This document shows positions 49,308 through 60,567 of a stretch of 64,000 nucleotides of DNA, piece after piece (position 1 is the stretch's first letter; each line of letters starts with the position of its first letter). Source of the DNA: Gemmatimonadota bacterium (GTDB taxonomy: Bacteria; Gemmatimonadota; Gemmatimonadetes; Gemmatimonadales; GWC2-71-9); NCBI GenBank assembly GCA_036679605.1, contig JAZDCZ010000085.1, positions 32,001 to 96,000 on the forward strand. The letters are read 5' to 3'. Made by a program: the position numbers and the translations under genes. Below the pieces are notes generated by a model. It saw only the letters and a program-made list of their open reading frames with translations. It was not told where the DNA came from and made no database searches.

Positions 49308-49988
49308 TTACGCCTCAGGCTGCGCGTCTACCCGCGAGCCTCGATAAGATCCCCGACTGATAGAGTAAGAACACGCATTACATCCTTCGGGGATATAGTC
49401 CTCACGCTGCACCTCACTCTGCAATACCTCTTCCAAGAAATCGACCTCCGCTTGGCAGATTTCGGGAAACTGCTCAGCAACCGAACGCACAGCGCAGTTG
49501 TGCTCGGCCAGTGTCAGGGAGTCGTTCTCAGTAGACCAGACCGCCATGAACCCTTGGCTAGACAGCAGATCTACAAGCGCTTCAACCCTCTGCTCCAAAC
49601 TTGCCCCGGCCAGTTCTATCCGCATTCTGTCCGCCTGGGTCCGAAACCGTTCGGCGAACATGCGACGAATCGCCTCACGACCGTCGTTCTGGGCAACAAT
49701 CGACAGCACGTCGGTGAGGGCCTGGTCGTATTGGGTGGGAAATAGCGCCTCCCCGTCATTGCTCAACCGGTAGGCATACGTTGGTGCACCCGTGCCACGT
49801 TGCTCCCTGCTGTAACCCACCAGACCGGCAGCCTCGAGTTCCTTAAGGTGTCGCCGTACGGCGTTGGCCGACACATCGAAAAAATCTCCAAGTTCTTTTG
49901 CAGTAACAGGTTGTCTCTTCTTCAACTGGAGAAGAATGTCGCCGCGGAGGCCCTTCTGGCCCGCCAGTGCCGGTGTGATTGAGTTCAT
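49308..49988 (-). CDS. sufR: SufR-like Fe-S transcriptional regulator
   Basis: Winged HTH ([10 protein letters not shown]) with HNC..ICQAE..CNAC cysteines; first gene of the suf operon. Confidence 0.85.
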   Translation of the reverse strand: MNSITPALAGQKGLRGDILLQLKKRQPVTAKELGDFFDVSANAVRRHLKELEAAGLVGYSREQRGTGAPTYAYRLSNDGEALFPTQYDQALTDVLSIVAQNDGREAIRRMFAERFRTQADRMRIELAGASLEQRVEALVDLLSSQGFMAVWSTENDSLTLAEHNCAVRSVAEQFPEICQAEVDFLEEVLQSEVQREDYIPEGCNACSYSISRGSYRGSRVDAQPEA

Positions 49989-50032
49989 AGGGACGCGAAT
50001 CCTAATAGGTGGACGTCAGTTATGCAATTAAT

Positions 50033-50048
50033 TTAACATTTTTGTTGA
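50033..50048. promoter_or_regulatory. Candidate SufR operator
   Basis: TTAAC-ATTTTT-GTTGA, one mismatch from CAAC-N6-GTTG, 45-60 bp upstream of sufR. Confidence 0.55.
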
Positions 50049-50134
50049 AAAAAAGACAAGCCCCCGATATCTGTGCCCAGCAATTGGCCTCTCGACAACC
50101 TGCCATTGCCGCAGGTATCACCATTCGTCAGTTT

Positions 50135-50390
50135 TCTGGAAAGGGACCACAATTTCAAAGGAGAGGAAATCCGAATTGGTGCAAACGAAGGCGATTCGAA
50201 CTATCAATTTGGGCAAATCGGTTCGATCGCCACCGATTCTGAAGGCCGCCTTCTTGTTCTGGACACGCAGTCGCGAAACATAAGAGTGTTCACGTCGGAT
50301 GGTCGTTACGAGCAGACCTTTGGCGGGCCCGGGAGTGGGCCAGGAGAGCTTGGCAGTATGACATTAGTTAGGTCATGCTTTGATCGATAA
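50135..50390 (+). pseudogene. Fragment of an NHL/6-bladed beta-propeller gene
   Basis: IGANEGDSNYQFGQIGSIATDSEGRLLVLDTQSRNIRVF..FGGPGSGPGEL. Only about one blade, with no signal peptide or good start. Confidence 0.65.
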
Positions 50391-50492
50391 GCGTTTGGGC
50401 CCACCCGTTGGCATCCGCTCGCTGGCTGTGAGTATTGTGGCGACGACCATAATCCTTAGATTGGTGCCCCCTGAATTAACTAGGTAGAGTCT

Positions 50493-51041
50493 ATGGCAGT
50501 TCGACCAATTCGCCTGCTGGGCGATCCCATCCTCCGAGCGGATTGCGAAACCATCATACGCCCTAAGTCCGCGGCTGTGAGGGTGGTTGCAGACGACCTG
50601 CAAGAAACCCTGCACGATGTGAAGTTGCGCAATAACAGAGGAAGGGCCCTAGCGGCACCACAAATCGGGGCACCGGTCCGGGTAGTGTACGTTGAGGTTG
50701 AAGATCCGTTGCTCCTGATCAATCCAGAGATCACGGATGTTGGTGCGACTGATTTTATGGTGTGGGATGATTGTTTCTCCATCCCACACCTCCTAGTGCG
50801 CGTGCAACGCGCCCACAGGATCAAAGTGAAGTACCAAGACATAGCGGGAGAATCACAGGAGATAGAGGCAGTCGAAGGTATGGCCGAGTTGTTACAGCAC
50901 GAGATCGATCATCTTGACGGTGTCTTGATGGTCGACCGGCCGAGTGGATTGGATCCGTTCTGCCTCCGAGAAGAATGGAACAAGCAGTACGGAGAAAGTG
51001 AACAATACAGCGAGCCTGTGTTGCGAGAGTGCTGGGATTGA
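50493..51041 (+). CDS. def: Peptide deformylase-like protein with atypical motifs
   Basis: LLGDPILR, GRALAAPQIG, DDCFSIP and QHEIDHLDG. Confidence 0.85.
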   Translation: MAVRPIRLLGDPILRADCETIIRPKSAAVRVVADDLQETLHDVKLRNNRGRALAAPQIGAPVRVVYVEVEDPLLLINPEITDVGATDFMVWDDCFSIPHLLVRVQRAHRIKVKYQDIAGESQEIEAVEGMAELLQHEIDHLDGVLMVDRPSGLDPFCLREEWNKQYGESEQYSEPVLRECWD

Positions 51042-51065
51042 CGTTTGACCCTCACGAAGCAGTAG

Positions 51066-52541
<1,476 letters not shown>

Positions 52542-52772
52542 CGGCCAAAGTCGGGCGTGCGGAAGGAAGAAGTATTAGCCAGGCATATAGAATCACTGTC
52601 GTTACAGTGTTGATAGTCTTAGTTCGATTTGTGCTCGTAACACAATAACTGTCAAATCTTTAAGAGTTTCCCACACCGACCGAGGACTGTGTAGACAACT
52701 CGCATGCTCGGCACCAAGCCGGGAAAATGCCCGCTTTTGAATACCGCTCTCCCGTGCGATGTTTCTCAAGTC

Positions 52773-53936
52773 ATGGTAGAACGCCAATCGAATCGGGCAT
52801 CGCCCCAGCTCACAGTCGATCCGGAGTCTTTGGCGGCTCTGATCGACCGTCTCAGGCTCAAGCCGAGGATAGCTATTGACACCGAGGCGGCCTCCTTCCA
52901 CCGCTATGTGGACCGTGTCTATCTCATCCAGATTAGTTCGGATGAAGAGACCGCCATCATCGACCCACTGGCTATTGATGATCTCGCCCCGCTCGGCTCT
53001 CTCCTTGCCGATCCCATGATCGAAGTGATCCTGCATGATGCGGACTACGATCTGCGCACGCTCAACCGGGACTATGGCTTCCACGCAAACAATTTGTTTG
53101 ACACTCGCGTGGCCGCACAGCTTTCGGGGGAACCGTCGGTTGGCTTGGGATCACTGCTCGACAAGTATTTCGGAATAAAGGTAGACAAGAAGTATCAGCG
53201 CGCCGATTGGTCACGGCGCCCGCTCAGCCCGGAAATGATTCGGTATGCCACAGATGACACTCGCTACCTGCCTGAGCTTCGCGATCAACTGGAGGAACGG
53301 TTACGAGAATGCGGTCGGTTGGAATGGGCAAGAGAAGAGTTTCGCCAACTGGAGGGGCTTCGTTGGACTCAACCTGACCGCGATGGCCAAGCGCACCTAA
53401 GGGTCAAAGGAGCCAAGAATCTACCGCCGCGAACCTTGGCGATCTTCCGTCAGCTCTACAACTGGCGCGATTCCACCGCTGCGGCGCTCGACCGGGCACC
53501 ATTCCGCGTGTTGGGCAACTCCCATCTCCTGTCGATCGCGCGGGCAGCTCCCGTGGGCATGAAGCGGCTAAGCGAGTCATGCGGACTACCCACTTCGGTG
53601 GTACGGCGATTCGGAAAAGACTTGCTCAATGCGGTCAGCGAAGGGCTCGCGATTCCCAAGGAAAGATTCCCGACTATCGAACGGCGCTCCAGGCCAGCAC
53701 ACAATCCTGTCTATGATCGAAGTTTGGAGCGACTCAAAGCCCTCCGAAACCGTCGCGCCCGAGATCTAGACATGCAGCCCGGTCTTCTATGTCCTAATGG
53801 AACTCTTCAAGCAGTGGCCCGCACAGCCCCATCGAGCACCAAAGCGCTTCGTGCCATATCCGAGATCCGTGCGTGGCAGGTTGATGCTCTGGGAGAAGGA
53901 GATATACTCGCTGCCGTGCAGGGAAAAGACAGCTAA
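52773..53936 (+). CDS. rnd: Ribonuclease D (3'-5' exonuclease plus HRDC)
   Basis: AIDTEA, HDADYD, FDT, ADWSRRPL and YATDDT, plus two HRDC-like regions. Start revised. Confidence 0.9.
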   Translation: MVERQSNRASPQLTVDPESLAALIDRLRLKPRIAIDTEAASFHRYVDRVYLIQISSDEETAIIDPLAIDDLAPLGSLLADPMIEVILHDADYDLRTLNRDYGFHANNLFDTRVAAQLSGEPSVGLGSLLDKYFGIKVDKKYQRADWSRRPLSPEMIRYATDDTRYLPELRDQLEERLRECGRLEWAREEFRQLEGLRWTQPDRDGQAHLRVKGAKNLPPRTLAIFRQLYNWRDSTAAALDRAPFRVLGNSHLLSIARAAPVGMKRLSESCGLPTSVVRRFGKDLLNAVSEGLAIPKERFPTIERRSRPAHNPVYDRSLERLKALRNRRARDLDMQPGLLCPNGTLQAVARTAPSSTKALRAISEIRAWQVDALGEGDILAAVQGKDS

Positions 53937-54232
53937 TAGCCCATAAAAGATCGCACCTTCGGATCGATGCGTTCCGGCGTCCAGAATGGCTCCCACACCA
54001 ACTCCACCTCCACGTTTTCGACTCCTTCGAGCGCGCGGACGACCGCGTCTGATTCACCCATGATTTGCCCTCCCGCCGGACACCCTGGCGAAGTAAGGGT
54101 CATCTCTACGTGCACATCTGTCCCGTTCACCTCGATGTCATAGACTAACCCCAGATCGACGATACTGAGTCCTATCTCCGGATCCTTCACTTTTCGGAGT
54201 GCCGCCCGCACTGCCTCTGCGTCAATAGTCAT
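53933..54232 (-). CDS. DUF59/SufT-like metal-sulfur cluster biosynthesis protein
   Basis: DPEIGLSIVDLGLVY, MTLTSPGCP and VWEPFWTP. Confidence 0.9.
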   Translation of the reverse strand: MTIDAEAVRAALRKVKDPEIGLSIVDLGLVYDIEVNGTDVHVEMTLTSPGCPAGGQIMGESDAVVRALEGVENVEVELVWEPFWTPERIDPKVRSFMGY

Positions 54233-54297
54233 GATGTTCTCCCAAAGTCTCCATTCGCCACTCAAAATAAGTCACCGAACTATGCGGCGCCATCGTT

Positions 54298-54678
54298 TTA
54301 CGTTACTGGTCCCCACCGGCGAGCGATCCAACGATACGTCAGATCGGCCAACGGCATGATGCCCGGCAGCGACATTATCGCACGCAGAACCCAACCATTA
54401 GGAAGATAAGCAAACAGTTCGCGTGCAGCAGAAGCCCCTGAAAACACCCTGCCGTCGGACCTGACCAGATGGGCTGCCTGTCTCAGCTCTGTCAGGCTTC
54501 GGCCCGACGCGTCCGCTGCCTTGGGGTCTTGAAGCGGCATGCACTCGATCACTCCGGATTTGTCCCATCGCTGGATGCGGCGTATCCAACGCGCACAGAA
54601 CCCACAGGTAGAATCGTAAATGAGAAGCGGTCTCTTGCTTCCACCGTTGCCGAGATGGCTAGTCACACTTCCGACCAC
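54298..54678 (-). CDS. DCC1/DUF393 thiol-disulfide oxidoreductase family protein
   Basis: LIYDSTCGFC (DxxCxxC) and YRWIARR. Confidence 0.85.
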   Translation of the reverse strand: MVGSVTSHLGNGGSKRPLLIYDSTCGFCARWIRRIQRWDKSGVIECMPLQDPKAADASGRSLTELRQAAHLVRSDGRVFSGASAARELFAYLPNGWVLRAIMSLPGIMPLADLTYRWIARRWGPVT

Positions 54679-55780
54679 AAATCTCAGTCTTGAGCTTCAC
54701 AGCGGCATCCGCGACGCGACCGCGAGTCTGCTTCAGTATGGTAATCGAGCGACGTGTGCGTGGAGCGAACACGCGATTGGTTAGTAAAATGACAAATAGA
54801 TTTCGCACCGGATCTATCCAGATCGACGTACCGGTATAACCACTATGGCCAAACGCGCTCGATGACAGAAGACTTCCGCTGTTCGCCTCGCTCGTGGTAT
54901 CTCGCATTTCCCAACCAAGAGCGCGGCCATCCTTTCCACGGGCAGTGAACAGTGCAACTGTTTCGCGTCGCAACACCACTTCGCCCTGTTCGTCACGTCC
55001 TCCTCTGAGAAGCATTTGTGCATAACGCGCCAAATCACCTCCCGTAGCATAGAGTCCGGCGTGCCCCGACACGCCTCCTAGCCGTACAGCATTCTGGTCG
55101 TGCAACTCACCCGCTATCACATGGCCTCGCCACAGTCCGACGGGAGCGGTGCGATTCGTAAATGCTCGAGGTGGACTAAACATCGTCTGCATCATATCAA
55201 GTGGCAGAAATACTTCATCCGCCACAAATCTGTTGAGCGACACACCCGAGACTTCTTCAACGATCCAGCCCAGCAGCATTGCGTTCAGATCACTGTACTC
55301 GTAACGCGACCCCGGCTTCCATTTCAGTGGTTCGATTTCCACGAGGTGGCGGGCCTCCTCTGCCGTGCTTGCTTTCTCGTGGAGCGGCAAGAACGCTCTC
55401 AATCCCGAGCGATGCTGCAGAAGATGGCGTACCGTCACCACGTCTTTGCCCGACCCCGTAAATTCTGGCAAGTAGGACTGAACGGAAGCATCTAGATCGA
55501 TCTGGCCCAACTCCACGAGTCGCATGATCGACGGTGTCGTCGCGACTACTTTCGTCAACGAGGCAAGATCATAGAGCGTGCTATCCCAGTTTGGAGTGCT
55601 GCTCTTTTCCGACCATGTGAAGTATCCATAACCTTTGGCCATAAGCATGCGCTCGCTCGTCCCCACCACCACTACGGCTCCTGGAAACGAGCCCGCCTTC
55701 ATGCCCCAAGCGACGGCACTGTCCACACCGCTTATTGACGCAGCCTGTATCAGCAGAGCAATTGAAGTAACGGAAACCAT
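54659..55780 (-). CDS. Serine hydrolase (beta-lactamase/AmiE-like family)
   Basis: ASLTK (SxxK), LLQHRSG, YSD, GHAGL and FGHSGYTG. Confidence 0.9.
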   Translation of the reverse strand: MVSVTSIALLIQAASISGVDSAVAWGMKAGSFPGAVVVVGTSERMLMAKGYGYFTWSEKSSTPNWDSTLYDLASLTKVVATTPSIMRLVELGQIDLDASVQSYLPEFTGSGKDVVTVRHLLQHRSGLRAFLPLHEKASTAEEARHLVEIEPLKWKPGSRYEYSDLNAMLLGWIVEEVSGVSLNRFVADEVFLPLDMMQTMFSPPRAFTNRTAPVGLWRGHVIAGELHDQNAVRLGGVSGHAGLYATGGDLARYAQMLLRGGRDEQGEVVLRRETVALFTARGKDGRALGWEMRDTTSEANSGSLLSSSAFGHSGYTGTSIWIDPVRNLFVILLTNRVFAPRTRRSITILKQTRGRVADAAVKLKTEICGRKCD

Positions 55781-55850
55781 GGCTATCTCGATGGTGCTAC
55801 TCTAGATAGTGTTCGCAAAGGCCGTTTACAACAATAAGCGAAGGAACCCC

Positions 55851-57323
55851 ATGGAGCGACGGTTGACAGTTGGATTAGTACTGGTGTGGCTCACTGTGCA
55901 GGCTGGAGAGATCGCCGCCCAAGTCCCGATCGACACTCTGGCACTCCGAGCTCACACTTACTTTCTGGCTCACGATCTCCTCGAGGGACGCGGCACCGGC
56001 ACACGCGGAGCCCGGCTAGCTGCCAGTTACATCGCAAGTCAGTGCAGGGCCCTAGGGCTACAGCCTGTCGCCGGCAAGTATCTGCATGCCTTTTCATTGG
56101 AGGAGGCGTCTGTTGAGACGTCTACGCACCTCACCGTAAGGAACGGCGCAACCGAAGAAGTATTTCGCTATCCCAGGGATTTCACCCCCGACGTGGGTAC
56201 GGTCAGGACGTTAGTTGGTTTTCGAGGACCTGCCGTGTATGTGGGTCCGTCCCAAGATATCACCGCCGGGTCACTCAGGGGCCTGGATTTGGCCGGCTCT
56301 GTTGCGGTGACGGACGGTGCCACTAACGATCTTCCCGCCATCGACACGCTCAAAGCCCGTGGAGTCGTCGGCGTTGTGCATTTGGTGTCCGACTTCAGAA
56401 CGTATCGGCTCTATAGAAACAGCCGTGGCGGCGGACGCATGTACCACTCTGATTCAACCATCGAGTCTTCGTTTCTTCCCGGTCTGCCATCGGTCATCGC
56501 CAGTCCCCAACTGTCCTACTCCCTAGTGATCGGGCAAGGGGAAGTAATGTCACGGTCACGGGGTCCTCTCGGACCTTCCGTTAGTTACGAGTTAAGCACG
56601 CAAAGAAGGCGGTTTGAGTCGAGCAATGTTGCTTGTCTCTTGCCGGGCACTGAGAGGCTCACCGCTGACACTGCGATCGCGTTTAGCGCCCACTACGATC
56701 ACCTGGGTATAGGGACTCCAGACGAGACGGGAGATTCCATCTACAACGGTTTCTCCGATAACGCGGCAGGGGTTGCAATGTTGCTTGCGATCGCCGAAGC
56801 CATGGCGACTGATACCGCATTTCCGATGCGGCACTCCGCACTATTCCTCTTCTTCGTCGGGGAAGAGCGCGGCCTTCTGGGATCAGATTATTACGTCTCC
56901 CATCCGGCTTGGCCGCTAGATAGGACACTCGCCGTCATCAATCTCGATGCTGGTGCACCGCCAGGCGTTCTGACATCATGGCGCCTAGCGGGGGTCGATT
57001 CGTCCAGTCTCGAAACGACAGCGGTCCGCATCGGATTGGAGCGCGGCTGGCAAATTACAACCTCACCAGCACGAGCTAACTCCGACTATTACCCGTTCAT
57101 CCGCCATGGCGTGGAATCTATTTTCCTAATTCCCGGATCAGGAAACTATGAGGGGCTCTCGGCGGATAGCTCAAAGGCTCTTCGAGAACGATGGGATTCA
57201 TACCACCATCCGGCAGACGCGTGGGACAACGATTTTCCGTTCAGTGGCTTGAAGCGGTATGCAGAATACGCTTACCTGATCGGACGGGCACTTGACTCCC
57301 GGAGTGAGTCACCACAACGATAG
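55851..57323 (+). CDS. Secreted M28 family peptidase
   Basis: EGRGTG, SAHYDHLG, DNAAG, GEERGLLGS, NLD, SDY and YHHPAD. Start revised. Confidence 0.9.
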   Translation: MERRLTVGLVLVWLTVQAGEIAAQVPIDTLALRAHTYFLAHDLLEGRGTGTRGARLAASYIASQCRALGLQPVAGKYLHAFSLEEASVETSTHLTVRNGATEEVFRYPRDFTPDVGTVRTLVGFRGPAVYVGPSQDITAGSLRGLDLAGSVAVTDGATNDLPAIDTLKARGVVGVVHLVSDFRTYRLYRNSRGGGRMYHSDSTIESSFLPGLPSVIASPQLSYSLVIGQGEVMSRSRGPLGPSVSYELSTQRRRFESSNVACLLPGTERLTADTAIAFSAHYDHLGIGTPDETGDSIYNGFSDNAAGVAMLLAIAEAMATDTAFPMRHSALFLFFVGEERGLLGSDYYVSHPAWPLDRTLAVINLDAGAPPGVLTSWRLAGVDSSSLETTAVRIGLERGWQITTSPARANSDYYPFIRHGVESIFLIPGSGNYEGLSADSSKALRERWDSYHHPADAWDNDFPFSGLKRYAEYAYLIGRALDSRSESPQR

Positions 57324-57338
57324 CCCTTATGCTTGTCG

Positions 57339-58082
57339 TTATGGATCTCTTACAACACCAGGCGGGAGTGCGTACAGCAATCGAGCGGTTCGCCTATCAC
57401 GCGGCGTAAGATCGTGTACTGACGTCGAGGGATACATCAGGTCGTCAGGACCGTCAGAGTGGCCGAGACCGAGAAGATGACCGATCTCATGTAGCGCGAC
57501 CGTGTAGGCTATGTCCATGCTGACAGCTCGCCCGCGACTGGAGTACGTCGCAAGTGTAATCGTTCCGCTGACCAACCAACCGTCCTGGTTCCACACCACA
57601 TCGGTCTGGCCACTGCGTCGCATGGGGAACGAGTGGATCCACCTCACTTTGACTTCGGCAGACCCCGAGTCTCCAACGAAGGAAAAATGGACGGGAATGG
57701 CCCCGACCCGCTCCCACCGAGTGAAAGCGTCGCGTGCGGAGTTCAGAAGCTCCAGAGATGGCGGAGGAGCTATATAAACGGATAAGGGCCGCACTCGGCG
57801 ATCCCGCCACCGTTTGAGAGTCGAATCACCTTCGGCCAGGGCGTAACCGAGATAAGTATCGGACTCGCTTATCCGGCGCCGGACAATAGACCGAGCAGTC
57901 CGGCGCCGGACAATAGACCGAGCAGTCCGCACACTACCTAGGTCGGGAGCCTCGACGGCTACCCCTTGGCCCGTCGGGAGCACCGGGTGAGCCGGATCGT
58001 CCTTTTCAGGCAGATGCTGCCCAAGACGGAAGACACCCACGGTGGCGACCACAAAGAGCATAACCAATAGCGTTCGTCTCAC
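57339..58082 (-). CDS. Matrixin (M10) family metalloprotease
   Basis: HEIGHLLGLGH plus the LMYP Met-turn; N-terminal signal/TM segment. Confidence 0.88.
   Translation of the reverse strand: MRRTLLVMLFVVATVGVFRLGQHLPEKDDPAHPVLPTGQGVAVEAPDLGSVRTARSIVRRRTARSIVRRRISESDTYLGYALAEGDSTLKRWRDRRVRPLSVYIAPPPSLELLNSARDAFTRWERVGAIPVHFSFVGDSGSAEVKVRWIHSFPMRRSGQTDVVWNQDGWLVSGTITLATYSSRGRAVSMDIAYTVALHEIGHLLGLGHSDGPDDLMYPSTSVHDLTPRDRRTARLLYALPPGVVRDP
57872..57929. repeat. Perfect 27-bp tandem duplication
   Basis: TCCGGCGCCGGACAATAGACCGAGCAG x2 followed by TCCG; duplicates RTARSIVRR in frame. Confidence 0.95.
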
Positions 58083-58238
58083 GAGTTCAATATGGCCCGT
58101 GAGTCCGTGGTGTCGCTACTGTTGTCATCGTCTGGCACCAGCGGCCCGCCCTATCTATCATTGAACCCCTTGTCACAGCTAACACTCATGATCAACAGAC
58201 CACATTGAACGCTCTACAGAACGGTAGCAAGCACGAGA

Positions 58239-58263
58239 GGGCGGGGGCGGGGGCGGGGGCGGC
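58239..58263 (+). repeat. (GGGGGC)3 hexamer tract / G-quadruplex motif
   Basis: GGG-C-GGGGG-C-GGGGG-C-GGGGG-C-GGC immediately before ATG 58264. Confidence 0.85.
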
Positions 58264-60567
58264 ATGATCCCGTTGCCGGCCCGTGGCATCCTGCGGTTCC
58301 GGGTGCCGATCCTCGTTTTTTGGGCAATAGTCGCATCTATCGCTGGACCAACAGCTTCCCGGGTTCACAGCGTTCTCCAAGTGCAAGGCGAGCCCGTAAT
58401 CAATTCGGAGTCTGCCAAAGCGGGTAGGCTGATACGCAACGCGTTCCCCGAGCCGATATCAAAATTTCTAGTTGTCACACTTTCTGGCGATATACCGATC
58501 GACTCAGCACCTATGCGCGCCGCGCTGGGTTCTCTGGTCCGTACCGCCGAATCTCAGTCGTTCATCAGCCGGGTGGTCTCACACCTGAACTCGTCCGATT
58601 CCAGCCTGGTAAGTAAAGACCGGAAAACAACTTTTTTTCTCTGCGTGATCGATGTAGCGGGGGACGATTCAGCGACCGAACACGTCCGCGATTTTCGAAA
58701 CGCCATCCATGCAACTGCTTCGCGTTTCCCACAAAGCGGCCAGTACGCGGTGGCAGTAACGGGGGAGCCGGCTCTCGATTTCGATGTACGAACGGCCAGC
58801 CGAGAGGATGCGGAGTCTAACGAAAAGAAATCTCTACCCTTCGCGGCGGCCATTCTCGTACTTGCATTTGGTGCTCTCGTAGCCGCGATTCTGCCGCTGG
58901 TGATAGGAATTTTTGCCATCATCTGTGCACTGGCATTGGTATACGTAGCCGCAAGCTTCCATCCGATGTCCTTTTTCGTGCTCACAATCATCTCGATGGT
59001 GGGCCTGGCTGTGGGCATTGATTATTCGTTGCTCGTAGTAACGCGATTTCGTGAAGAAATGAACCGAGGTCGCAGTCCACGGGACGCTGCCGAACGAACG
59101 ATCGAGACTGCTGGCCGCGCGGTGGTTACGAGCGGGCTGACCGTTGCACTCGGGTTCGCGTCGTTGCTTGTGACCCCAATATCGGAGACGCGATCCGTTG
59201 GGATCGGCGGACTATTGGTCGTCACTGTTGCGGTTCTGCTTGCGGTCACGTTGCTGCCGGCTTCTCTGTCGTTCCTCGGTCGGACAATCGACAAACCAAA
59301 GTGGTTGGCGCGCCGATTGGCTTGGTATCACGCCCCTGCTGGCTGGGAGCGCTGGGCTCGCTGGCTGGGGCAGCATCCTTGGAGAGCAATCGTGCTGGCC
59401 GGTACAGTAATCGCCCTTATCACCTGGCCCCTCACCAACATCAAGTTTGGCCTCCCAGAATCTCGTTGGTTTCCGGCCAACACCGAATCGGCTGAAGGAA
59501 TCGATGTACTTCGGCGAATGGGGGCAAGCGGCACGATACAACCCATCCGCATGGTAATCCAAGCCCCTGATCAACAACGGATCGTAGGGTCTCGCTATAT
59601 CAGAGGCCTCAAGCGTCTTTCAGATACTCTTCGGATCGACCCTCGGATCGCACAAGTCCGGAGCGTTGTGGACGTGGTGCCAAATATGTCCGCTTTTCGA
59701 TATACGATGTTATACGGCAACATCCAAAAAGCCCGCGACCGGGCTCCCGATTTCTACTCCGCGTACCTGTCCGACGACGACCGCACAACTCTGATGGACG
59801 TGTTGCTGGCCGACACTACCTCGCTTACGACTTCGATGGAGGTTGTCCGCGATATACGATCCGTGGTCCGATCGAACATACGAGGTCTCGATTCCATAGA
59901 AATTGCCGTTGGCGGATTTGCGGCCTCTAGTGTCGATCTACAAGACGATCTACTCAAACAGTTTCCGCTAGTGATTGCATTGGTGCTGACTACCACGGCA
60001 GTAATGCTATTCGTTGCGTTCCGGTCAATTCTGGTACCGCTCAAGGCGGTGGTAATGAATGTCCTGTCGGTGGGCGGTGCATTCGGACTAACCGTTCTGG
60101 TCTTTCAAGAGGGCGTAGGCGCTAAGCTGTTCGGACTTGATGGGCCTATGGAGGCCATTTACGCGGTAATACCAGTATTGGTTTTCGCTGTCGTATTCGG
60201 ACTAAGTATGGACTACGAAGTTTTCTTGCTCGCCCGAATAAAAGAGGCATTCGACCGGACCGGCCGCAACGATCAGGCAACGATGGAAGGTCTTGCCGCT
60301 ACGGCCTCTGTTATTACGAGCGCAGCTGCTATCATGATCATCGTCTTCGGAGTTTTTAGCTTCTCTCGAGTTCTTGGGGCCCAACTCCTAGGTTTCGGAT
60401 TGGCTGTCGCGGTATTCCTCGACGCTACTCTCGTTCGGATGGTACTCGTGCCGGCAATCATGCACCTGGCGGGGCGTTGGAACTGGTGGCCTGGAGTTCG
60501 GACGAGCCGCGACCAGGCAGGAGAAAATCTGCAGTCGGATCCCCCACACCTCTCAGGGACTCGCTAG
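58264..60567 (+). CDS. MMPL/RND family transporter
   Basis: GLAVGIDYSLLVVTRFREE, FGLSMDYEVFLLARIKE and LAGRWNWW. Confidence 0.93.
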   Translation: MIPLPARGILRFRVPILVFWAIVASIAGPTASRVHSVLQVQGEPVINSESAKAGRLIRNAFPEPISKFLVVTLSGDIPIDSAPMRAALGSLVRTAESQSFISRVVSHLNSSDSSLVSKDRKTTFFLCVIDVAGDDSATEHVRDFRNAIHATASRFPQSGQYAVAVTGEPALDFDVRTASREDAESNEKKSLPFAAAILVLAFGALVAAILPLVIGIFAIICALALVYVAASFHPMSFFVLTIISMVGLAVGIDYSLLVVTRFREEMNRGRSPRDAAERTIETAGRAVVTSGLTVALGFASLLVTPISETRSVGIGGLLVVTVAVLLAVTLLPASLSFLGRTIDKPKWLARRLAWYHAPAGWERWARWLGQHPWRAIVLAGTVIALITWPLTNIKFGLPESRWFPANTESAEGIDVLRRMGASGTIQPIRMVIQAPDQQRIVGSRYIRGLKRLSDTLRIDPRIAQVRSVVDVVPNMSAFRYTMLYGNIQKARDRAPDFYSAYLSDDDRTTLMDVLLADTTSLTTSMEVVRDIRSVVRSNIRGLDSIEIAVGGFAASSVDLQDDLLKQFPLVIALVLTTTAVMLFVAFRSILVPLKAVVMNVLSVGGAFGLTVLVFQEGVGAKLFGLDGPMEAIYAVIPVLVFAVVFGLSMDYEVFLLARIKEAFDRTGRNDQATMEGLAATASVITSAAAIMIIVFGVFSFSRVLGAQLLGFGLAVAVFLDATLVRMVLVPAIMHLAGRWNWWPGVRTSRDQAGENLQSDPPHLSGTR

